Origin: Geosiphon pyriformis uo1
Taxonomy: Eukaryota; Fungi; Glomeromycota
Reading direction: 5' to 3'
Length of the DNA: 64,000 bases
Assembly: GCA_016748015.1 (NCBI GenBank)
Contig: JAAOMT010000470.1
Span: 87,655-151,654 of the forward strand
Within the stretch, counting starts at the first letter, position 1, and every line of letters starts with the position of its first letter. Position numbers and translations under genes: made by a program. The notes beneath the pieces were generated by a model that saw only the letters and a list, made by a program, of their open reading frames with translations, had not been told where the DNA came from and searched no databases. Below are positions 54,765-64,000 of this stretch, in pieces.

Positions 54765-57700
54765 AAAAATTGCGACGTGTAATGTAAAAGGCTTAAATAA
54801 CCCAGCCAAATAGGCTGATGTTATTCAATGGCACAAAGATATGAACAATCTGGTTTCAATTTTCACTGAGATGAAACTAAGGGGTAAGATTCGCCCATGG
54901 ATAGTCAACAAATTCAATGGGATTCAGGTGTTTACATCTGGTCTGAATTCTGGTTACATAGGTTCTGGGATTGCTATTGCTATGAACAATTTTTTAGCAA
55001 AGCATGTTTACAAAGTTTTTGAGGTGCCTGGTTGGCTTCTATCTATTAAACTGTTGTTTAAGAATAAACTTTTTGTGTCAATTTTGGGTCTTTATGTTGG
55101 TGCTTCTGCATTGGTTTGGTTCTTTCAAGCCAGTGAAATCAACTCTTTCATTGCAAAGACTGTTAATGAGTCTTCTTTTTTTGTTCTTGACAGTAACTTT
55201 AATGAAAATAGATCTCGAAAGTGTGCTAGTTTTAAAAAATGCTTTGATTTGGACTTGATAAATTCTTTAAATAGGAGCCCTGCTATGAAAACACCTACTT
55301 GGTGCAATTTTTATGGTGTTTCAAAAATGATTGATTATGTATTAGTTTTCTCAAATCTGGTTAATGCTGTTGTGGACTGTAATATGGCTAATATCATGGA
55401 CCATTTTGATACTGATCACATGGCTGTTTCTGTATCTGTGGGTTTGGGTGGTTTGTTTGATGTTTGACTAAACTTGCTGCGCAAACAAGCAAATAAGGAC
55501 CATTGGAAATTTGATGTCAAAAATACAAGTGATGCCAAAAGGTGTGAGTTTAGTGTATTTACGGTGGCTAATACTGCCTTGTTTTTGGATGATTTCTCTT
55601 CAGCCAGTAAGTTTTTGGATCTGGATGCTATATAAAACATTATTTGCAAGGTCATGGTTTTCTCAACAAATGGAACATTCAAAAAAAGGTGGTTCAAGGA
55701 GTTTGAAAGTGTTTTTACCAAGGTGTCTTCCAGGTTTTATAAGCTGGAATTGCTAGTTTCTAAATTGGTTAAGGCTTTGTATTCAGTCTTTAGTAATGAT
55801 TTTGCTTCTTTGTTGGAAGTGTAGAACAGGCTCAATTCTGCTGGTGCATCAGCAGTGAAGTCTCTTTTTCTCTCAGATTTTAATTTTGATATTATTTATT
55901 CTGCACTGGCCAAGGCAAGAAAGTTGTACTGTTCTACCAAGTTGCTCGAATTCAGGTGTGCTAAGGAGTCCTCTATCAAGCAGGCTATTAATAAAAGAAT
56001 GGAGAGTTTTGAGTTAAACAAAGACCATACTATCAGGAGTGTGTTGGAGCATCCTTTTTGCAAGGTGGTATTAGACTATTTGGTTTTGAATAATGAGCTG
56101 GTCTTGGAGCTTGAGTTGGTCAAGTTTAAGGTAGATGTGATAATGGAGGGATAGACTAAGAAGTGTAGAGTGGTAAATGATATCTCAGATGATTAGACTC
56201 ATCAATATCAGCTCTTGGATTATGTTTTTGATGGTGTTTTTTCTAACATTATGAGCTCAATTGGTTTTGATGAGATGTTTGCTGTGGTTTCGAATCTGCT
56301 TAATGGGAAAGCAGCTGGCCTTTCTGGCATCTCAAATGAATTATAGAAGTGCTGTAACAAGTCAATTTTAGATATGCTTTTGGTGCTCTTGAATTGTTGT
56401 TTGGTTCGTGAGTTTGTTCTTGGTCCTTGGAGAGAAGCCTGGGTCTCAATAATTCCTAAACCATATGAATGGGAAAGTGTTCTTATGAACACTTGTCCCA
56501 TTGCCTTAATAAAAACAGCCTACAAAGTTCTTTCCAAGATTTTCTTAGACAGAATCTCTTCAGCTTGCAGCACTTTTGATATTCTTTGTGAAAACAACTT
56601 CTCTGTCTTAAAAGGTACATCGACACAATCTCCTATTTTTGCCATTGGTTTTGTGATTGAAAATGCTTTAGAAAAGAACTAGAAGTTGTGGCTGGTGCTA
56701 TAGAACATGTGTAAGGCCTATGATTTTGTTGGGTGGGTTCATCTCAAGGAAAGTCTAGTTAGAATCAAGATGTGTAACAGGTTTATTAGATTTTTTGGTG
56801 GAATTCACAATAGTCATGTTAACAGGGTGATAACAGACTTTGGTCTAACTGATGGATATTGTGTTCATGATGGTTTAGATCAAGGGCAGGTTTTCTCACC
56901 TCTTCTCTAGTGCATTTTCTATGATTTGCTTTTGTGTGAGATCAAGAGACAGAAGTGTGTGTATGGGTACAGGTTGAATTCTCATTTTGTTTCCAAAAAT
57001 GGCCAGGCAGAGTCTCAAGCTGAGTTGACATTATTTTTTGCTGCAGGTGCTTTTGTTGATGATACCATTTGGGTAGGTAGTAGCCAGACTGGTACACAAC
57101 ACATTTTCGACATTGCTGGTGAATTTTTTAGATTTAATAACATTTCCATAAACAATGACAAAACTGTGGCCATTTCTATTAATTGTCAGGTAGCGTCCCC
57201 ACATCTGACTATTAGTGGTGCACCAATTACTATCGCAAAGAAAAATGAATCTCACCATTATCTGGGTATTTTTTTATCAACTGAGGGCTTGTCAAAGTCT
57301 AGTATGGCTAAGGCTCATTTGGATGTGCGTTTTTTAGTTAATCTTGTTCTGAGAAAGGCAATCTCAAATAAGCAGTTTGTTTATTTGGTGTTGGCTGTTC
57401 TGTTTCTAATTATCAGCTATAGGACTCAGTTTAGTTATATTCATCTCAGTGTGTGTAATAAGTAGAATGCTCTGATCCACAAATGTTTAAAGTCTAGATC
57501 TGGTCTCTCTTATGATTTTCTCAGTAATGCACTTCATCATCCATCCCTATACAATTTGAAATCTTTTGAGCAAATTCAGGCTAAGAGCAAATCTGCTTCT
57601 GCAGTTTTTTTTGCAAATTCAGCTGGAATTTCAGGTTGGTTGTTCTCTCACAGATTTCATGATTTTCAAGTTCTTAGTTAGAACTTTTGTCATCTTTTAC

Positions 57701-59436
57701 AGTTTCCAGTTCATGGTAGAATGGATTCTTCAAACAATTTTTTGGCTGGTATAGTCTGTATTTTTTCTGGGTGTGATTTGTCTCTGGGTGGCTCTTTGGT
57801 CAGTGCTTTTTTTCTTCATGGTAGGACTCTTTTGTTTTTTGTTTTAGGTGAGCCTGTTTATTGTAAATATGTTGCTTCCTTTCAACGTTATGGTATTGTT
57901 TTTGTGGAGCAATTGTGTAATCAGAATGGTGTTGTTTTTGATTGGAGGATGTTTAAGCATTGGAAGCAGTTGGATTTTTGTGGCCCAGTTCCCTTGTGGT
58001 TTGAGCTTTTGGTTCACTTTCTTGTTGGGGTGGGTTCTTCATTTGTCTACCCTCCATCTATGGATGACTGCTTCTCTTCTGACATTTTTCAGTCTGATGA
58101 GTTTGGTATTGTTAGTAATAGTCTTTTGTGTATTGATGCTAGTTGTCTGTCTGTGTATACAAATGGGTTTCTTAGTGAGTTGAGAACTTTAGATATGAGG
58201 GCTAGTGCTGCTGTTTTTTTTGAAGATGTGGGTTTAGGTTTGGGTATAGGAGTGTCTGGTTTGATTTTGTCTACCATAATAGAGTTACAGGCCATTGCTT
58301 TGGCTCTTGAGTGTGTTCCTCTTTTTCATCATGTGGATTTGTTCTCAGATAGTCAAGCTGCTCTGGATGCATGCAAGATGGAGTCTTTATTGGTTTGTCT
58401 GGATTTTAAAAATTGGTGTTAGATCAAATATTGTCACATCTTAAATGTTATCTGTTGTAAGAATTTAGTTGTTAATTGGGTCAAAATTAAAGGTCACTCA
58501 GGTGTCTCAGACAATAAGCATGCTAATAAACTGGCTAAGGATGTGGTATTTTCAGATTGGTTTCTGTCTCACTTGGTTGGTGAGTGTTTTCTAAAAGCAA
58601 GTGGTACTGCAGTTTCTGGTAACTCTAGATATTTTGTTCATAATGTTTTTAGGTCTGTTCATTGAGCACATTATGAGATTGGTTCTGGTTCACGGATTGT
58701 GGTAAGCAGCTTGTGTGCTGATATTGATTGGTACAAATCATCTTTGGTTTGGCACTCAGATTCCCACTTAACTGCTGATTTTACTAGCATGTGGACTACT
58801 GGCTTTCAGACATATTTTATGAAGGTCCTATATCATTGGCTTCTTGTTGCTGTATGCAAATAACTCTATGATAAGTGTTATCCCAGTGTGGTATGTTTGT
58901 TCTGTGGTGATATTAAGGTCTCAGACCACATCTTTTCTTGTCTTTTTGATGCTGCTGCATGTGCTTGGCTGTTGGATGCTTATGTTTCTGTTTGGTTGGT
59001 GCATTTTGGTTTGTTTTGTTCTTCATTGCACATTGTACAGCTGTTGGCCACTTGTGCTACTGACAAGGTAGTTTGCTTTGCTTTATGTAAAGGTTTTGTT
59101 CTTAATGATTAGTACTATAAATTTGTTACTGTTTTCAAGAACTTGAAAATTGCAAATCTTAATATTGTGAGTTTTATGTATAAGCTTTGTCTTGCTTTTT
59201 GGGAGAATATTTGGTTGGTTTGTATTAAACACCAGGCTTTCATGGAGAAAAACAATCTGATTCCATGTGATGGTTTCATTCCCATTTCGGTTACTGGTCT
59301 TTCTTTGGTGTTTTCAGCTGGTGTAATTAGATTGTTAGAAATTGCAGATGCTTTGGGTGTTGGTTTTGGGTTTTGTAAATTTTGTTTGTTTTTTTCAGGT
59401 ATTGGGAACTTGGTCTCTGTTAATATAAGAGTATAG
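54765..59436 (+). pseudogene. LINE ORF2 (AP endonuclease, RT, RNase H, zinc knuckle)
   Basis: IATCNVKGLN, IDYVLV, DTDH; KAAGLSGI, PIALI, MCKAYD, GLDQG, AFVDD, YLGI; VYTNG, ELQAIALAL, SDSQAAL, WVKIKGHSG; CLFC..DHIFSC; mostly one frame with many stops. Confidence 0.93.
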
Positions 59437-62400
59437 TGTTGTTCTGATTGGTCTGAGTGGCTGGTTACATGTAAATAATGCATAATTCACACCTAATTTA
59501 AATCATTTATATGATGTATGGTACTAGATTGCATTTGGACCTCACTCATTAAACATAATAAAAAAAAAAATGTCCATCAATTTTAGTTAGAAATTCATTA
59601 ATTATAATTGATCTTCTATTTCCTTTTTTTCTTAGTGACAAATTTCTATGCTTAGCTCATATGTTATGCTTGCTATTATTTGAATAAAAAATGCTTTTAT
59701 TATAGACTACAAGAATTTTTTCTTTCTTTTTATTAAGTAAATTAGGACATATTTAATTCATAAATTTAGCTTCATATTTTAACATATATTTTTTATGCTT
59801 ATATATATTTTTTAAAAATTTTTTTCGAGATTACAAGACATTATTTCTTTTATGTTCATCATAATATAAGTCTTAATAATGTTGTTAGAATAAATAACCA
59901 AAAATTTTGAGCCATCTTACTGTAGTTGTAAGACTAATAATTTTTTTATTTATTATTTTAATCATTTTTTGGTGTTTTTTATGTTTTGATATTGAAAGCT
60001 TATTATTAAGCATCTAATACTTTATAAGATATTAAATTTTTTGTGCTTTTCATATACTACCATTAATAAAAACTTTTTGAGTAGTTTTCAAACTGGCATT
60101 AATTTTTTCATGTTTATTATTATCATTTAACAAAATAAGATATTTAAAATTAGCTCTTTTTTGATTATATTCAAAAACAGTTAATTGAACATGTTGTTTT
60201 TTTAAATGTTCTTTTAACTCTTGTCTTTTTTTTATTTGATTAGCATACAAATCAATTTTATTTTCTGAATTGCTTAAAGATTTATTAGATTTAAACCATT
60301 GTAAATTTGTAGTTTAAGCATCACTAATATTAAAAAAAGTGGTAATTTTTTTAGTTTTGGCTATTGTTTTGGTAAATAAACTATTTGGTCTATATTTATT
60401 ATAATAGATTGACTTTGGTATTTTTTATGTCATGTAAAGATCTTACTTTTTTTTTTAGATGATTGTTATTTTTCTATACTAAACTGAGTTTTTTTAATTT
60501 TGTATTTATTCTAATTATGGCTTCTATATCTTCTGTATCATTCTATTTACTGTCATTATTATTGCTCCATTCTTTATTACTAACATCCAGTCTGTTAAAT
60601 TCATTTACTTCAATATTATGATCATTTATTGAAGTCGTATAATGTGTTTTTTTATATGATCCTTTTGTATTTTTAACTTGATCTTTAGCTTTTCTTTTTC
60701 TTTTAGAATAAAGTGGCATTTTTTTATGTAATGTGATGTTAATCTAATATGTAATTGGTGTTTGGACAGAATTAAAGAATTTGAACCATGTAATATTGTA
60801 CAACAAAATTGTATTACAATAGAAATTGCATTTTTAATTTAGATATATATCTATTCTTTAAATTTTTTTGGTTCCAATTTAAACTTTAATTTTTGTTTTG
60901 TAGTTCTGAATAAGTAGCAATCAAAAAAAACTCCTTTGGCATTCATTAAAAAAAATTTTTATTGGAATTAAGGAGATCATTTGAGCTGAAAATTCAGATA
61001 ACATCAATAAAAATAGTTATCACAAAAACTTTTTTGACTTATAATAAGGAATTTGGAAAAAAAAATCTAATATTAACAATTAAACAACCAATTCAAAAAA
61101 AACCCAATTTTCAAATTGAAGTTGATCTTTTAAAGCTGATGAAAAATTTATTACAAATAATTATTAATCAAAAAAATAATAAATAAGAATATTTGAAATA
61201 GATTTCAATTTTAGTATTATAACCTAGTTGTAACTTCTCATTTTTATATTTAGTAGTTGATAATATGCTAAATTATTTATAGATTTATCATTTAAAGAAG
61301 AATATTCAGAATATTATAATGTAATCAAAAAGCCAAGATTTTTAAATATGATCGAGATTAGTACTATGTATTTTTTTTCCATTGGTTACTTAATACTTAA
61401 TATATGTTTTCTATATTATTTCAGTAAAAAATTCGAAAAAAATATCATCTATTAATGAATTCAATCAGAACTTATAATTGATTTTGAAAATGTCATGTAT
61501 TTTCAAAAATGCCAAATTCTTACAAGTGAGAAGTTTATTAAGTTTTTTCAAAAAAATCTGGGTTTATCTACTTGAACTAATATATTTTATATATTTTTTG
61601 CATCAAAATAAACTCATTAGAAAATATACAACACTAACAAAAAAGAGCTATTCAAAGTTATAGGTTTTAAGACAACTTTAGTTCTCTCAATTAAGAAAAA
61701 GCCAAAAATTTTTTAATTCCAATCTAATTTCTTTAAATTAATACTAATTGATATAAGTTTTTTGATTATTGTAATAAGTTATTATATATTATATTCTAAT
61801 AAATTGTTGAAATATTCAACAATTAAAATTTTTTTTACAGTTGAAGAAACCAATTCTAAAACTAGATTATAATTTAATCGAATACACAATAAGTATTTTA
61901 GTTATTATATTTTTCTTTAATATAATTTATTATTCAAATATTAAATTTAACCAGAAACTTTTATTACAGAGAATTTTATATATATTTCTTAAATCCAAGC
62001 AATTTTTTGAAATGCAACATTATAGTCATTGAAAAGTTATTTGTGAATTTAAAATAAGTATTCATATTATAATAAAAATGATACTGGTCAAAATTTTCAA
62101 AGTTGTTTACAGTTTTTTATCTTTTATAAATTACAAAAACAATTTACAGGCTCTTTTTTTTTTTTTAGACCTAATTAAATTAATTTTTAATCATAAATAC
62201 TACTCTTATGTTTTACATTTTTAAGCTTTTAATCATTTCTTTTATTAGACAAAACACAATTTATTTCTAAGATTTTATGAAAAAAAGTGTTCAAAACATC
62301 AGTTATTAAAGAATATATGTTGCATATATAATGCTACAAAAAAAATAAGCCATTTATAATTTACTACAAAGTCCATTTATTAAAAAATTAATTGTATTAA

Positions 62401-63277
62401 CTTTTTTCATAAATTTTAAGCCATGTTCTTGTTTCAAAATATAGAAGTTGAGGTAAGTAATCAATCTTTTGCAATGTCTCTTAATATTAAACATTTTGTC
62501 CATAGTATTATTCTTGGGCTGACAGCCAATTATGTCACAGTTATTCCAATTTTTGCTGCTTTTAGCACCAAAGCCAGTTGTTTTCAATGTTTATTAAAAG
62601 AAACACAAGGTTACAAATAGAGCATAAATAATATTCCCAAATTTTTTAACAATCACTTATAGTACTTTTATAATTCTTTTGACATTTGGTGTGAACAATA
62701 TTAATATTTGGGTTTTTGTCCTGATAATGACAACTGAATATGGTAGTAGTGTGAATGAAATATTCATGGTTAATGGTGTCATGTTATCAGCAAAAGACAT
62801 ATAGACCAAGAAATACTATATCTTTATAAAAAAATGACTATCTAAAGATTAAATTAATATTAATTAAAAGTCTTTCTAAAAATAATAATACTTTAATGAT
62901 TTATCATGTGATAATGTGACTTTAATGATTGCTGATTGGCTAAAATTTGATTGATTGGCATCCAAAAATTAAAGATTAATAATAAAAGCAGCTAATTTTA
63001 AACTTTAATAATTTTATAAAATATAATATAATTCAAAAAATTAAATCATAAATGTGAAAGAGAAGAACTTAATCTATTATATTTACAGTTTAGTTTTTTA
63101 ATATTATTAAAATTAGAAGACTAGATACAATTTAAAATTATATAAATTGTTAAATAACTATAAATGGTTTGCACCATAACCGCTCACATGATATTTTTTA
63201 TTTCATAATATATTAATGACGTAATAATATTTTTTGACCCTGGTCGTTATATCATATAAAATCACGTTAACTTTTGC

Positions 63278-63526
63278 ATGGCAAAAGTGATCGGCGTAAT
63301 CATGACTTCTCACGACGAACTCGACCAATTAAAATTTTTTTTACAAAACGAACCCTTAAATAAAATTACTGTTGCTAGAGCCTTTCATGAACTATGGAAG
63401 TGTAAAGATGTACAAACGGAAGAAAGTGATTGTAACTGTCTTTTGGAGGTCTTTAAAGAGTTGACTGCAGAAACTCTAAATAGTGATAGAAAGGAATACT
63501 TCACTTCCTTACAAGATATAGACAAG
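63278..63526 (+). CDS. Probable first exon of an unidentified gene; no open continuation before the satellite
   Basis: CpG-retaining 83-codon ORF followed by a short GTAC..CTAAT..TAG intron-like stretch; next frame stops at once. Confidence 0.35.
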
Positions 63527-63605
63527 GTACATGTAATTCACTAATATATGTTGTTTTTATAGATATGAGGATAATATAAATTGAACCACTCGTTAGTCGG
63601 TTAAT

Positions 63606-64000
63606 CATTTGCGGGAAGTTTCAGCTTTTGTATTACTGGATATGAAGAAGATCTGTAAGCGGTGGTGACTGGCCATAAGCCATTTGCGAGAAGTTTCAGC
63701 TTTATATTACAGTATACAAAGGAAGATCTGTAAGCGGTGGTGACTGGCCATAAGCCATTTGCGAGAAGTTTCAGCTTTTGTATTACTGGATATGAAGAAG
63801 ATCTGTAAGCGGTGGTGACTGGTCATAAGCCATTTGCGAGAAGTTTCAGCTTTATATTACAGTATACAAAGGAAGATCTGTAAGCGGTGGTGACTGGCCA
63901 TAAGCCATTTGCGAGAAGTTTCAGCTTTTGTATTACTGGATATGAAGAAGATCTGTAAGCGGTGGTGACTGGCCATAAGCCATTTGCGAGAAGTTTCAGC
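63606..64000. repeat. 75-bp satellite with alternating A/B monomers (150-bp higher-order unit), runs off the window
   Basis: Units start at 63606, 63681, 63756, 63831, 63906, 63981; 57-bp shared core plus an 18-bp segment alternating TGTATTACTGGATATGAA / ATATTACAGTATACAAAG. Confidence 0.95.

Larger units (their letters stand above)
52668..59570 (+). mobile_element. Full-length LINE retrotransposon (ORF1; ORF2 APE-RT-RNase H-CCHC), inactivated by stops
   Basis: Poly-A tail 59560-59570; imperfect TSD AAATGTCCACCAAATTTTA (52649-52667) / AAATGTCCATCAATTTTA (59568-59585); domains as listed below. Confidence 0.95.
51655..63176 (-). mobile_element. TIR DNA transposon with degenerate IS630/Tc1-type transposase, split by a LINE
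   Basis: TA|TGGTGCAAACCATTTATA ... TATAAATGGTTTGCACCA|TA (51653-51672 / 63159-63178); transposase KAIPIFEKLY, FNNSSNYA, KFHCKLNFIE at 51.8-52.7 kb, continuing at 59.6-60.7 kb. Confidence 0.85.

Noticed and set aside
60962-62032. Short K/I/N/F-rich ORFs (also 10908-11162)
   Set aside because: Expected by chance in AT-eroded DNA; no motifs
63606-64000. CRISPR-like repeat/spacer appearance
   Set aside because: The variable segments are only two related, alternating 18-mers; no cas genes; eukaryotic context

Overview
AT-rich, intron-containing fungal DNA with four scaffold gaps (11826-12521, 41392-41411, 47850-48152, plus an adapter-marked join at about 11470). The gene families present (BTB-BACK-TLDc, kelch type-I membrane protein, TKL kinase with Sel1 repeats, a large-ectodomain multipass protein) point to Glomeromycotina/Mucoromycota; Geosiphon-like is my inference, not confirmed. 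The centre (about 11.5-47.9 kb) is mirror-symmetric: BTB(-), membrane relic(-), kelch(+), kinase/Sel1 relic(-), [membrane gene], Sel1 relic(+), kelch(-), membrane relic(+), BTB(+). The two intact gene pairs contain near-identical tracts. Around and within this are decayed transposons: a dUTPase-carrying Ty3/gypsy remnant, a pogo element inserted in a third kelch copy, Tc1/IS630-type relics, LINE fragments, and a full-length RNase H-bearing LINE nested in a TIR element. TEs and TE-adjacent gene copies show heavy C:G>T:A erosion, including non-CpG sites, while the linked near-identical gene duplicates are spared. The window ends in a 75-bp A/B satellite with a 150-bp period. A Nextera mosaic end at 11466-11484 is an assembly artefact. 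All alignments were done by eye.
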